Shown: positions 9,996 to 20,182, counted from the stretch's first letter. The stretch is DNA of 64,000 nt from Arachnia sp. (GCA_052089385.1 JBQCZU010000004.1:42269-106268), one strand, 5' to 3'. Numbers and translations: made by a program. Notes: a model not told the origin generated them from the sequence alone.

Positions 9996-10564
9996 GGACT
10001 CCGATCCACCCAGAAGCGGTCACCGACGAACCACAGGCCATCCGGTGGGTCACTGAGACGGCGGAACTGGGCGTGGGAGAAGTGCTGCACGCTGCCGGGA
10101 CGCTGGGCCCAATGATGGAATATGGCGTCATCACTCGCATGTTTGTGGAACGGGGTTCGGTGTGGACGTGGTTGGCACCCGAGCACAGCTGGACCGATCA
10201 CGGACCGCGCATCCGGGACGCCGTTGTTGCGGCCGTCGACGCTGATGGCTGGGACATCACAGAGGGCTCCGCCCACCTGCTGGGTCTGATTGCTGACGAT
10301 GTTGTCCGTGGTCAGTTGGCCTCCTACATCTCTTCTCACGGCGGACAAATCAGCGTCGTCTCAGCAGGAGATGATGCGGTCGTCCTGGATTTCGGGGGTG
10401 CCTGCACGGATTGCCCGGCGGCGGGAAGCACGCTCCATGACAGGTTGGAAGTGGCTATCCGGGAGCGTTACCCCGCACTGCGGGAGGTCTCCCGTGCAGC
10501 ATCCGAGAATCCATCCATGTCCGTTCCCCGGTCCCGACTGCTGCGCCTGATTCCGCGTCGGTAA
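9992..10564 (+). CDS. Nfu/NifU-like Fe-S scaffold domain protein, translationally coupled to feoB
   Basis: ATGA overlap with the feoB stop. The C-terminal LDFGGACTDCPAAGSTLHDRLEVAIRERYPAL matches the Nfu CxxC domain. The N-terminal ~110 aa is unassigned. Confidence 0.7.
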   Translation: MRTPIHPEAVTDEPQAIRWVTETAELGVGEVLHAAGTLGPMMEYGVITRMFVERGSVWTWLAPEHSWTDHGPRIRDAVVAAVDADGWDITEGSAHLLGLIADDVVRGQLASYISSHGGQISVVSAGDDAVVLDFGGACTDCPAAGSTLHDRLEVAIRERYPALREVSRAASENPSMSVPRSRLLRLIPRR

Positions 10565-10571
10565 AGCCCCC

Positions 10572-11801
10572 TCAGGTGGGCAGGGGGTCGAAGGGATCCA
10601 CCCGGCGAGGCGCGGTCTCCTTCTCCCGGGCGGGTGGCACGGTGAGGGCGGCGATTCCGGTGGTGATGGGAACCGACAGGACCAGTCCAATGGCGCTGGC
10701 GAAAGTGCGGACACCCTCGCTGGCAAAGAGCTCCACACCAAAGAGACCGATGATGTCGCGGTTGGTGAAGTACAGCAGCAACAACACAGTCAGGGCGCTG
10801 CCGGCATAGGCGAAAACGATGGTGTAAATCGTGGAGGCGATGTGGTCGCGACCAATGCGCATGGCTGAGGCGAAGATCCCTCGTCTGCTCATTTCCGGAG
10901 CGGCGGCCCTGAGCTCCCAGACGGCTGAGCTCTGCGTGATGGTGACGTCATTGAGCACACCCAGACCACCGATGATGATGGCGCACATCAGCAATTCCTG
11001 AAAATCGAGACCGGGAACCAGCTGGGCCAAGTCGTATTCCTGTTCGTCGGCGAATCCAGAAAGCCTCGCCGCGCCCACTGCCAGTGCTCCCAGCCCGGTG
11101 GTCACGGCCAATCCCAGCAGTGTTCCTGCCAGCGCCGTCGATGTCCGGATGGATATTCCATGGGCGACGTAGAGCACCACAAACATGATGGCCGTTGATC
11201 CTGCGAGTGCCACGGGGATGCCGGGCTTGCCAGTGATGAGGGCGGGCAACATGAAACCCAGCAGAACGTAGCCGGCTATTCCCAGCCCCAGCAGTGCAAA
11301 GAGCCCCTTCCATCGTGCGACGGCCAGAATGCACAGGACGAACAGCGCCGCCATGATGATCAGTGTGGGGAGCCGGTTGGTGCCCGAATAGGTGTAGATG
11401 GGCGTGTCCTCGGTGGGAATCCGTGCGATTTCTATGGAGTCGCCCGTCCTCAGACCGGCCTGGGCCTGGGGTCCCTGCAACTCCACCTCAAGGAGCTGAC
11501 CGCTCTCTTCGCCTTCATCCATCTGGATGATCGCAGTCTGGCATGGGAGGTTGGATTCCAGGCCGCCCTGCGATACACACCCGTCAACCAGTTCGCTGAT
11601 CTCCACGTCCAGGTAGACCACCCCGGGAGCGTCGTAGGGCTGATCGACGGCGTCCGCCAGGGCCTGGCTGTCCGGCCACAGCCAGATCAGCCCGACGGCG
11701 GCCAGCAGACCCAGTACCGCCAGAAGAGACATGAGTGCGTTGCGTGCTCGTGTACCCACCTCAACGGCCGCGTGCGCGGCGTGGGAATGACCATGGCCCA
11801 T
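10572..11801 (-). CDS. YibE/F-family integral membrane protein with His-rich N-terminus
   Basis: Polytopic profile. The layout is an N-terminal TM, an extracytoplasmic beta-rich segment, then about 7 TM, as in YibE/F. The likely start MGHGHSHAAHAA is at 11801. Confidence 0.7.
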   Translation of the reverse strand: MGHGHSHAAHAAVEVGTRARNALMSLLAVLGLLAAVGLIWLWPDSQALADAVDQPYDAPGVVYLDVEISELVDGCVSQGGLESNLPCQTAIIQMDEGEESGQLLEVELQGPQAQAGLRTGDSIEIARIPTEDTPIYTYSGTNRLPTLIIMAALFVLCILAVARWKGLFALLGLGIAGYVLLGFMLPALITGKPGIPVALAGSTAIMFVVLYVAHGISIRTSTALAGTLLGLAVTTGLGALAVGAARLSGFADEQEYDLAQLVPGLDFQELLMCAIIIGGLGVLNDVTITQSSAVWELRAAAPEMSRRGIFASAMRIGRDHIASTIYTIVFAYAGSALTVLLLLYFTNRDIIGLFGVELFASEGVRTFASAIGLVLSVPITTGIAALTVPPAREKETAPRRVDPFDPLPT

Positions 11802-11840
11802 GACGAGCCACCCTACTGGTGCAGCGGTACCCTTGCCCGC

Positions 11841-12755
11841 ATGGCTGAACCCGCTGCGTCTCCCGTCTGCTCCAGACATCCGGAGCGCCCCACCCGCATC
11901 TCGTGCCAGCGGTGCGGCCGCCCCATCTGCCCCGAGTGCATGAATCCGTCATCCGTCGGGTTCCAGTGCCCGGAGTGTGTGAACCGGGGCATGCGCGAAA
12001 CCCGGCAGCGGGAGCTGCCCTACGGGGGTCGGCGAAGCGGGGACAACCGCACGACGACGTTCGTCCTGATCGGCATCAACGTGGCCGTCTGGGCTGCAGT
12101 GCTGTTGACGGGGGGAGCCTTCGGGAGGGTATTCAACCTGTTGGCGATCACGCCCATGGGGTACTGCGTGAATGCGGGCAACCGGGTCGTCTCCGTCGTT
12201 TCGGCAGAATGCACGGGAGGCGGGGTCTCCTGGACGGACGGCGTCTCCAGCGGCGCCTGGTGGCAGCTCTTGACCAGTGCCTTCACGCACTCCGAAATCG
12301 TCCACATCGCATTCAACATGTTCGCGCTCTACGTCCTTGGGCCCCAACTGGAGCGACTCCTTGGTCGCGCCCGGTTCCTCGCCCTGTATCTGGTGTCTGC
12401 GCTGAGCGCGTCGGCGTTCGTCATGCTGTTCTCCGGGCCCTTCGTCTCCACTGTGGGCGCATCCGGTGCCATCTTCGGGATGCTGGGCGCCTTTTTGCTC
12501 GTGGCCCGCAAACATGGTGGCAACGTGCGCCAGATCCTCATCCTTCTGGGGGTCAACGTGGTGATCACGGTGGCGGGCTCCTCGTTCATTTCGTGGCAGG
12601 GCCACCTGGGTGGTCTCATTGGAGGGCTGGCAGTCACCGCCGCCCTCATCCATTTACCCAAGGAACACCGCAAGCGCTGGCAGTGGCCTGTGGTGGGTCT
12701 GATCGCGGTCCTTTCCCTCGGGGCAGCTGTGGTCAAGGGCCTTCAGCTGAGCTGA
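11841..12755 (+). CDS. Rhomboid-family intramembrane serine protease with N-terminal zinc-ribbon
   Basis: Cys-rich N-terminus CSRHPERPTRISCQRCGRPICPECMNPSSVGFQCPEC. Also HxxxN (HIAFNMF), catalytic GASGAIFG and GHLGGLIGG. Confidence 0.9.
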   Translation: MAEPAASPVCSRHPERPTRISCQRCGRPICPECMNPSSVGFQCPECVNRGMRETRQRELPYGGRRSGDNRTTTFVLIGINVAVWAAVLLTGGAFGRVFNLLAITPMGYCVNAGNRVVSVVSAECTGGGVSWTDGVSSGAWWQLLTSAFTHSEIVHIAFNMFALYVLGPQLERLLGRARFLALYLVSALSASAFVMLFSGPFVSTVGASGAIFGMLGAFLLVARKHGGNVRQILILLGVNVVITVAGSSFISWQGHLGGLIGGLAVTAALIHLPKEHRKRWQWPVVGLIAVLSLGAAVVKGLQLS

Positions 12756-12895
12756 AACCAAGGAATCCCTCAGTGTAATTCGGCAATTTCCTCCCTGTGT
12801 CCCTGTCAGTCTGAAGTTTTCTCAGGTTTCGTTAGTTTTCCAAGGCCTTTCGCTCTACCGTCTTTCTTGTTGTCACACGGGAGCGGAGAGATCAA

Positions 12896-14023
12896 GTGCG
12901 AGGTCTGAGAATTCTGGCGGTCGCCATGCTGGCAACCGCGGTGGCGGCACTCGTGGGGGTCGTACCGCAGGCCAGCGCCGCGGCCCTGCCCAGCTTCCCG
13001 ATGGCTCTGCCCGTCCAGTGGGGCGCCACAGTCAACGCAGGCGGCACGCACACGTTTGCCAGCGGTGTGCGAAGCTCCATCGATCTGGGGGCCTCGGGCA
13101 ACGTCAGCGTTCCCATCGTTGCAGCTGCTGACGGCGTCGCGCGCGTGGGTGGGGCAAATGGTTACTCCCGCTGCTATGTCACCATCACACACGCCGATGG
13201 ATGGCAGACGATGTACTACCACCTGAAGGGGATCCCCTCTGACCTGCAAAATGGTGACCGTGTGGTGGCGGGGGAACAGATCGGCATGACCGGCAGCCCC
13301 GGATCTGACACATGTGGCCGTGGTACCTTCCGCCATGTCCACTTCACTTTGCTGCGCAACAACGTTGAGCAGCCCATTCATGGCCTGTCGCTGGGCGGCT
13401 ACACGGTTCGTGACGGCTCCCGCGCCTACTGCGGATACTGGACGAGGGATCGCGATGGCGTCGTCGTTGCCGATGCGCGTCGCGCATGCCTGGCGATTCC
13501 CAAACTGGTGAACAACATCGTCAATCCCTCAACGCTGAGTGACCGCAATGATGATGCCCCCAGCCGGGGAGAGACCCGTCCGGTGATCGCCGACAAGGAC
13601 ACCATCTCCGCCGTCGCCCTCTACACGACGCAGGGCCAGCACACGGTCAGCGGGCGGGCATGGAGAACCTCCTGCGAGGCGTACTCCCAGACCAAGCGCT
13701 GCCGCACGGAGATCTGGGCCACCGTCGTGACCACTGACGGCTCACGCTTCGACCGGCGGGAGGGGTGGGCTTTCAACAATCTGACCTACGTGGAGTCGCC
13801 CCGCGCACTGTGGTCTGGCAACCCACTGGGTGAGACTGGAGAGTGGACAGCCAAGGACGGACGCAGATGGAGGACCGAATGCGACACCGCGGTCACTGGT
13901 TACAACGGCTGTCGCAGCTATGCCTGGACCACGACGGCCTCCGCCACAGCCAAGTCCTCCGGCGGCTACCGATTCAGTACCAAGAGTGAATGGGTCCTCA
14001 ACAACATGGTGCGCTTCAGCTGA
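12896..14023 (+). CDS. Secreted M23A (LasA / beta-lytic protease-like) peptidase with a duplicated Cys-containing C-terminal module
   Basis: GTG start and a signal peptide ending ASAAA. The catalytic region aligns by eye with Pseudomonas LasA: GTH...SSID, VAAADGVARV, ITHADGWQTMYYHL, RHVHFTL. The last ~130 aa form two related ~55-aa repeats. Confidence 0.8.
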   Translation: MRGLRILAVAMLATAVAALVGVVPQASAAALPSFPMALPVQWGATVNAGGTHTFASGVRSSIDLGASGNVSVPIVAAADGVARVGGANGYSRCYVTITHADGWQTMYYHLKGIPSDLQNGDRVVAGEQIGMTGSPGSDTCGRGTFRHVHFTLLRNNVEQPIHGLSLGGYTVRDGSRAYCGYWTRDRDGVVVADARRACLAIPKLVNNIVNPSTLSDRNDDAPSRGETRPVIADKDTISAVALYTTQGQHTVSGRAWRTSCEAYSQTKRCRTEIWATVVTTDGSRFDRREGWAFNNLTYVESPRALWSGNPLGETGEWTAKDGRRWRTECDTAVTGYNGCRSYAWTTTASATAKSSGGYRFSTKSEWVLNNMVRFS

Positions 14024-14041
14024 ACGTCGTGTGCCCGAACC

Positions 14042-15964
14042 TCAGGAAAACAGCGACAGGATGAGCGGCGCTGCCGACTGTGAGCCGGAGACACCCTCCT
14101 CCACGAAGGCAGCCACCGAGACCGTGTCGTTCCAGGCGATCATCCAGCCGTGTGTTTTGTAGGCGCCGACGGTGCCGAATTCAGCGGTGCCAGTCTTGGC
14201 GCCGGTCATCACCCCGGCCAATGACCTACCCGAGCCATCGGCGACCACAGCCGTCATCATCTGCTGGAGTTGAGTGGTCTCCTCAGCGGACAGCGGCTGT
14301 GCAGTGGAGAGCGCCTGCTCATCCGCCACGAGCCAGGGGATGGTGGTCTTTCCGCTGGCCACACTGGCTGCCACGGCCGCCATTCCCAGGGACGACATGG
14401 TGATCTGGCCCTGTCCGATCATGCTGGCGGCACGGTCGATGGGACTGTCGTTGGGCTCGACGGTGCCGAAGTTGGACGTGAATCCGGCGTCATAGTCAGT
14501 GCCGACGCCGAGGCTGGCAGCCGCTGCATGGAGCTGCTCCGGCGTGACTGTCCCCGCAGCGCTGGCGAATGCCGTGTTGCAGGAGTTGGCGAGCGCCTCG
14601 GTCAAGGTGATGGAGCCCACCGCACTGGATGGGTAATCCGAATAGTTCGTGAATGCTCTGCCAGCCACCTCCAGGCTGGCCGGGCACTGCACCGTCGAGC
14701 CCGGGGTCAGGCCACCGCGCAGCATCGCCAGCGATGACACCACTTTGAAAGTGGATCCCGGGGCGAATTTCCCGAACGTGGCCTGGGGAAAGGTGCCCGC
14801 TGCCGGTGAGTTGGCGGCTGTGAGAATCGCACCATCGTCGTGTCGGATCACCACCAGAGTGGCCAGCCCGGACTGGTCGGCCAAGACCGCCTCGGCCTTG
14901 ATCTGCAGATCACGGTCCAGACTCGTTTCCACGGCCTCGGGGACGCTTGAGTCCTGCAGGAACAGGTTCTGCTCCACGAAGGCCTCGCCTGCTGTGGTGT
15001 CCTCGTCACTGACACGCCCCACCAGGTCGACGCGAACTTCCGGCACGCCACGCAATCGATTCTCGTAGCGGTACTGCAGGCCGCTCAGACCGACAGTGTC
15101 CGCGGCCTGGACGTCAACCTCTGGATTCTCCAGCATCGCCTCTGTGGGGGAACCGACGATGCCCAGCAGGCTGGCAGCGAAAGTGTCGCTGATGGAGACC
15201 ATCGCGGAGGTGGTCACCACTTGGGCGCCCGTCACCTTGCCCACATCGGGGGAGATCTCTTCCTGACGCAGGGTTTTGCCGATGACAAACTGCCGCTCCC
15301 CACCAGCGGCCACTTTCGCCTGGAACGCCACGGGATCAATCTCCAGCAGGACCGCGAGCTGGTCTGCCGCGGCGGCCCACTGTGTATCCGGGATCAAGGT
15401 CTTGTCGATCCCCACCTGGTAGAGATCGCGTTCCTCCACCAGGGCAAGACCCGCGTTGTCGTTGATGGCCGCCCGGCGGGGCAGCGTCCGGATATGGCGC
15501 ATGCGTGAATCGCTGGTCAGCTCCGGATGGAGGATGGTGGGAGTCCAGGAGATCTGCCATTGGTCATCGACGAAATCAAGTGGCGCCGTGGTCTCGTAGC
15601 TCCAGCCATTCTCGCCGAGGGGATAGTCCAGCCTCAGTTGTGCCCGGGCCGACTCGTCGGCAGCGGAGTACTCGATCCCTTCGACGCTGACGGTGGGGGT
15701 GACGCCATCCATTCCGGCGAAAACCGCCTCCAGTTCGGTCTGAGCACTTGTCGGGTCCTCGATGGGGAGGGCCGATACATCCAGGGCCGTGATGGCGGAG
15801 GCTAGACTGGTCACAACCGAGTCGGCCGGGCTCAAGTCTTCTGGAACCGAGGACGGCGCCACTGAGGACGATGGAGATCCATCGCCGTTGCCTGCGCCTG
15901 CTGTGCAACCGGTCATCAGGATCCCGGCCGCCAGTGCCGCTGCGAACCAACGTCGTTTCTGCAT
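14042..15964 (-). CDS. Penicillin-binding protein (MecA-N/NTF2-like domain plus transpeptidase), lipoprotein
   Basis: The start MQKRRWFAAALAAGILMTGC has a lipobox. Transpeptidase motifs are STFK (GSTFKV), SCN and KTG (GAKTGTAE). Confidence 0.9.
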   Translation of the reverse strand: MQKRRWFAAALAAGILMTGCTAGAGNGDGSPSSSVAPSSVPEDLSPADSVVTSLASAITALDVSALPIEDPTSAQTELEAVFAGMDGVTPTVSVEGIEYSAADESARAQLRLDYPLGENGWSYETTAPLDFVDDQWQISWTPTILHPELTSDSRMRHIRTLPRRAAINDNAGLALVEERDLYQVGIDKTLIPDTQWAAAADQLAVLLEIDPVAFQAKVAAGGERQFVIGKTLRQEEISPDVGKVTGAQVVTTSAMVSISDTFAASLLGIVGSPTEAMLENPEVDVQAADTVGLSGLQYRYENRLRGVPEVRVDLVGRVSDEDTTAGEAFVEQNLFLQDSSVPEAVETSLDRDLQIKAEAVLADQSGLATLVVIRHDDGAILTAANSPAAGTFPQATFGKFAPGSTFKVVSSLAMLRGGLTPGSTVQCPASLEVAGRAFTNYSDYPSSAVGSITLTEALANSCNTAFASAAGTVTPEQLHAAAASLGVGTDYDAGFTSNFGTVEPNDSPIDRAASMIGQGQITMSSLGMAAVAASVASGKTTIPWLVADEQALSTAQPLSAEETTQLQQMMTAVVADGSGRSLAGVMTGAKTGTAEFGTVGAYKTHGWMIAWNDTVSVAAFVEEGVSGSQSAAPLILSLFS

Positions 15965-16115
15965 GGATTTCCTCCCACTGAAGATCACCACCGATGCTAC
16001 CGGTGGCTGGCGACGGGGTCTCAACGGTTACGATTGACTTGGTGCATCTGTGAACCAGCGGCGCCGATGGTTCGCGGTGCGACCATCCCCTGAATACATC
16101 GAGGAGAATTCCACC

Positions 16116-17303
16116 TTGTCTGTACCCCTTTGGATCTGGGGACTCACCATCCTGGTGATCGTCGGACTGCTTGCCTTTGACTTCTTCTTCCATGTCCGTA
16201 AGGCTCACGAGCCCACGATCAAGGAAGCGGCGATCTGGTCGGCCATTTATGTGGGGCTCGCCCTGGTGTTCGGCGTCGTCGTCCTGATCTTCGGCGGATC
16301 GCAGATGGGCTCGGAGTACTTTGCCGGCTACATCACGGAGAAGGCGCTGAGCGTCGACAACCTCTTCGTCTTCTTGGTGATCATCGGCAGCTTCGCGGTG
16401 CCACGCAAGGACCAGCAAAAAGTGCTGTTGTTCGGCATCGTGTTTGCGCTGATTGCACGAAGCGGCTTCATTTTCGCTGGCAAGGCTCTGATTGAGAACT
16501 TCTCCTTCATGTTCTACCTCTTCGGTCTGATCCTGCTCGTGACCGCAGGCAAGCTCCTGGCCCCTGAGAAGGAGGGCGATGATGAGGCCAACAACTTCAT
16601 CATCCGCCTGGCCAAGAAGTATCTGCGCACCACCGATCACTACGACGGCGACAAGCTCTTCACGTACGAGAACGGCAAGCGCGTCCTGACGCCCATGCTG
16701 CTCGTCATGGTGGCCATCGGCGGCACCGACGTGTTGTTCGCGTTGGATTCCATCCCCGCCATCTACGGGCTCACGACCAATGTCTACATCGTCTTCACCG
16801 CCACCGCGTTTTCCCTGATGGGGCTCCGTCAGCTGTACTTCCTCATTGAAGGACTGCTGGATCGCCTCATCTACCTGAAGTACGGGCTCTCGCTCGTGCT
16901 CGGGTTCATCGGTGTGAAGCTGGTGCTGGAGGCCCTGCACACCAACCAGTTGCCGTTCATCAACAACGGTGAGAACGTCGATGTGTTCACCTTCACCGCC
17001 AGTACGTCGCTGCCCATCATCATCGGTCTGCTCACCCTCACCGTGCTCGTCAGCCTCTACAGCAAGCGGGGCAGGATCGCGAGTGCCGTCGGGTCACTGG
17101 ACCGTCTCGCCCACTCCTACCTCCATACCGAGTACAAGGAATCTGAGGAGGACCGTGAGGAGCAGTTCGCGAAGATTCTCGCCGGGGAGGAAAAACTCAA
17201 GACGCTCGATGAGACGCTCGTGATGCAGGAGGCTGAGCGCCAGGGCACCTACTGGGCTCTGGAGAAGGCGCATCGGTTGCACAAAGAGGCGACCGGCTCC
17301 TAG
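16116..17303 (+). CDS. TerC-family integral membrane protein
   Basis: ALSVDNLFVF and ALDSIPAIYG TerC motifs. The likely TTG start at 16116 is preceded by GAGGAG. The tracked ATG at 16050 is an alternative. The C-terminal tail is soluble and charged. Confidence 0.85.
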   Translation: MSVPLWIWGLTILVIVGLLAFDFFFHVRKAHEPTIKEAAIWSAIYVGLALVFGVVVLIFGGSQMGSEYFAGYITEKALSVDNLFVFLVIIGSFAVPRKDQQKVLLFGIVFALIARSGFIFAGKALIENFSFMFYLFGLILLVTAGKLLAPEKEGDDEANNFIIRLAKKYLRTTDHYDGDKLFTYENGKRVLTPMLLVMVAIGGTDVLFALDSIPAIYGLTTNVYIVFTATAFSLMGLRQLYFLIEGLLDRLIYLKYGLSLVLGFIGVKLVLEALHTNQLPFINNGENVDVFTFTASTSLPIIIGLLTLTVLVSLYSKRGRIASAVGSLDRLAHSYLHTEYKESEEDREEQFAKILAGEEKLKTLDETLVMQEAERQGTYWALEKAHRLHKEATGS

Positions 17304-17314
17304 GGGCGCCCCGC

Positions 17315-18637
17315 ATGTCGATTGCCCCCGCCCTCACGCGGTTGTGGAGACACGAGCCCTTCCGTCGCCTGCTGACCCTGCGCCTGCTCAGCCAGGCCGG
17401 GGACGGCACACTCCAGGTGGGCATGGCTTCCTACATCCTGTTCTCCCCGCAGAGCCAGCCCAACGCATGGGCCATCGCCGGGGTGCTGGCCATCACGCTG
17501 CTGCCCTACACCGTGCTCGGCCCCTTCGCTGGCACGCTGTTGGATCGCTGGTCCAGGCGCCAGGTGACGGTCATCTCGGACATCATCCGGGCGGTGCTGG
17601 CCCTGCTGGTGGGACTGCTGATCGCGTCAGGATTGACCGAAGGTGTGTGGGAGGTGGTGTTCTACGCGGCACTACTGGTGGCCATGAGCGTCAACCGCTT
17701 CATGCTGGCTGGGTTGTCCGCAGGGCTGCAGTACACGGTCGAACCTGATGAGTACCTCAGTTCCTCCTCCATCATCCCGACGGTGGGACCGCTGGGCGTG
17801 GTGATCGGTGCCATTCTCGGCTTCGGGGCGCGCGTCGGTCTGGGGCCAGTGATCGGCCCCAACAACGCCGACGCAGTCGTGTTCGGTGTGGCGGCGGTGT
17901 TGTTCGCCGGTTCCGTGGTTATTGCGCGGGGTTTCCACCGTGATGCGCTGGGCCCGGAGCCCGGGCAGCCACGCAGCTCCGTCACCGAGGTGTGGCACGG
18001 ACTCACCCTTGCGCTGCGCCACCTCTCTGCGCGTCCGGCCGCAGGCCTGGCCCTGGTGGGCATGTTCGTCAGCAGGCTGCTGTTCGGGCTTTTCAGCGTC
18101 GTCGTCATCCTGGCGGTGCGCAACTTCTTCAACACCGATCCTGATGCGGCGTTGGCTGATCTCACCATCTGGGGCCTCGCCACAGGGGCGGGGTTCATCT
18201 CAAGCACGGTCCTGGTGCCATTGTTGGCTCGCCGTCTGGGCCTGCTGCGGACCGCCATAGCGGTGCTGGTGCTGTGTGTGGTGGCGCAGCTTCTGCCGGT
18301 GTTCCTGCAATCCATGGGGGCGTTGTTCGTCGCCTCGTTCTTCATCGGGCTCGGCGTGCAGTCGTTCAAGATTGCCGTCGACACGATCGTCCAGGCGCAC
18401 GTGGAAGAAAGCTACAAGGGCCGGGTGTTCACTTTCTATGACGTCGGATTCAACGGGGCTTTCGTCCTGGCCGCTGTGATTGCGGCGTTGGCTTTTCCGG
18501 ACACAGGGATCAGCGTCGTTGGTTTCGCTGTGATGACGCTGACCTATGCAGGGTTGCTGGCGGCGTTCATCATCGTGGCCAGACGGATTGGCACCACGGC
18601 CTTCGAGAAGGGCACCGAGGACCTCACGAGTCGTTGA
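17315..18637 (+). CDS. MFS transporter
   Basis: About 12 predicted TM helices. An LDRWSRR-type loop follows TM2. Confidence 0.8.
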   Translation: MSIAPALTRLWRHEPFRRLLTLRLLSQAGDGTLQVGMASYILFSPQSQPNAWAIAGVLAITLLPYTVLGPFAGTLLDRWSRRQVTVISDIIRAVLALLVGLLIASGLTEGVWEVVFYAALLVAMSVNRFMLAGLSAGLQYTVEPDEYLSSSSIIPTVGPLGVVIGAILGFGARVGLGPVIGPNNADAVVFGVAAVLFAGSVVIARGFHRDALGPEPGQPRSSVTEVWHGLTLALRHLSARPAAGLALVGMFVSRLLFGLFSVVVILAVRNFFNTDPDAALADLTIWGLATGAGFISSTVLVPLLARRLGLLRTAIAVLVLCVVAQLLPVFLQSMGALFVASFFIGLGVQSFKIAVDTIVQAHVEESYKGRVFTFYDVGFNGAFVLAAVIAALAFPDTGISVVGFAVMTLTYAGLLAAFIIVARRIGTTAFEKGTEDLTSR

Positions 18638-18686
18638 GCCGGGCGACTGCAACCTCCTGCAGGCCCCGGCCGCGCCTCCAAGGAGT

Positions 18687-20165
18687 TCACGGGGCCTCTG
18701 AACGCGATTCGAGGAACTGGTAGACCTGTGCGTCGTCGACGCCGGGGAAGGTTCCCGGCGGGAGTGCGGCCAGTAGATGGGCGTGTGTGCGGGCACTGGG
18801 CCATGAATACGTTGCCCATCGTTGCTCCAGGGCCGGCGACGCACGACGACAGCACGTCACATCGGGACATGTCGATACCGAGCGCTGCGTGGTGATGCGG
18901 CCTCTGAACCACTTGGAATCCCGGTAGTGAACGCCGATGCTGGTGGAGAACGCCCCGCTGGCTCCGGCGCGATCAACCCGCGCCGTGCACCAGTACATTC
19001 CTGAGGGGGTCTCGGTGTACTGGTCGAAGGCATTGAACTTGTCCGAGACGTCGAACACCTGCCGTGAGGTCCAGAAGCGGCAGACGGGCTGACCCTCGAT
19101 CGCGCCCAGATTGTCCATGGGGAAGGAGACGCCGTCGTTCTCATAGGCCTTGTAGATGATGCCCGACTCGTGGACGCGCTGAAAGTGGACCTGGATGTCG
19201 AGGTGCTTGGTGGCCAGATTCGTGAACCGGTGTGACGCGGCCTCGTATCCGACGGCGAAGGCGTCGCGCAGGTCCTCGATCGCCAACTCCTTGTGGGCCT
19301 TGGACTCCTGCAAAAACCTGACGGCGGGTTCTTCGGGGATCAGAAGCGCGGCGGAGAAGTAGTTGGTCTCAATCCGTTGTCGGAGGAATTCGCCGTAGCT
19401 CGTGGGTGGTGTGTGACCAAGGACGTGGTGGCCGAGGGCTTGAAGAAGGACTGACTTGGGGTCGTGATCGCCGGTGCCCGTTGTGGGCATGTAGATCCGC
19501 ATGTTGCGCAGGTCTGTGACAGACCGGGTGGAGTGGGGCAACTCGCTCGCCTGGTGCAGTGTGAAGCCGAGGTGTTTTGTGATCGCACCGATCAGGTGTT
19601 GTGTGAGCGGTCCCGATACATGCCCCACGCGGGCCAGCAACTTGCCTGCCTCCGCCTCGAGTTCACCAAAGTAGTTGTCGCGGGCGCGCATCTCGTTGCG
19701 CAGCTGGGCGTTTGCGCGTCGTGCCTCCTCGGGAGTGGCGATCCGCTGCGCCGCGTCGTGGGCCAGTTCTCTGTGCAGAGCCACCAGGGAGCTCAGCACG
19801 TCCATGGGCATGCGCGGGGAGATCCGCAGCGACGGTAGCCCTTTGGACCGCGCGAGAGGGGAGCTCATGTAGCGGTCGAGTTCGATTTCCAGTTGGGCGC
19901 GACGGCTGGGCACAGGCGCTGTGAGATCTGCGAGCGAGGCACCGTAGACGCGGGCGATCTTCTGGAGAGTGGACACCTTGGCTTCGCGTTTGCCGTTTTC
20001 GAGGAGGGAGAGCTGCGAGGCGGCGACCCCGGAGCTCTCGGCAACCTGCGCGAGCGTCAGCTTGAGTTCCTTCCGAAGGTGTCTCAACCGGCGCCCGAGT
20101 GAAAACGGGTCGAAAGCTTCAGATTCCTGATCCGGGGTGAGGGATAGATCTGCAGTGAGAACCAT
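18687..20165 (-). CDS. ramB: RamB/PrpR-like XRE-family regulator (HTH plus ImmA/IrrE-like domain plus C-terminal Cys-containing domain; short-chain fatty acyl-CoA regulator family)
   Basis: N-terminal XRE HTH ([27 protein letters not shown]). Length is ~490 aa. It is divergent from the isocitrate lyase gene, as for RamB in Corynebacterium and Mycobacterium. Confidence 0.75.
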   Translation of the reverse strand: MVLTADLSLTPDQESEAFDPFSLGRRLRHLRKELKLTLAQVAESSGVAASQLSLLENGKREAKVSTLQKIARVYGASLADLTAPVPSRRAQLEIELDRYMSSPLARSKGLPSLRISPRMPMDVLSSLVALHRELAHDAAQRIATPEEARRANAQLRNEMRARDNYFGELEAEAGKLLARVGHVSGPLTQHLIGAITKHLGFTLHQASELPHSTRSVTDLRNMRIYMPTTGTGDHDPKSVLLQALGHHVLGHTPPTSYGEFLRQRIETNYFSAALLIPEEPAVRFLQESKAHKELAIEDLRDAFAVGYEAASHRFTNLATKHLDIQVHFQRVHESGIIYKAYENDGVSFPMDNLGAIEGQPVCRFWTSRQVFDVSDKFNAFDQYTETPSGMYWCTARVDRAGASGAFSTSIGVHYRDSKWFRGRITTQRSVSTCPDVTCCRRASPALEQRWATYSWPSARTHAHLLAALPPGTFPGVDDAQVYQFLESRSEAP

Positions 20166-20182
20166 GGAATTGACAGTAGCGG

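Noticed and set aside
12756-12895. c-di-AMP (ydaO) riboswitch upstream of the secreted M23 peptidase, as seen before some actinobacterial cell-wall hydrolases.
   Set aside because: No GGGGUGAAUC / ACCCGA-type conserved blocks are present. The region is simply pyrimidine- and T-rich promoter-like DNA.
12896-13520. M23 peptidase looked catalytically degenerate, with no HxxxD motif.
   Set aside because: The zinc ligand spacing matches the M23A LasA type (His...Asp separated by ~12 residues), not LytM. The HxH motif and catalytic His are present, so the protein is probably active.
15965-16115. Possible yybP-ykoY (Mn2+) riboswitch in front of the TerC-family gene.
   Set aside because: Only vague GGGG...CCCC and TTGAC similarities are present. 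The conserved GGGGAGUAG and AGACC cores are absent. A covariance-model scan would be needed, so it is not reported as a feature.
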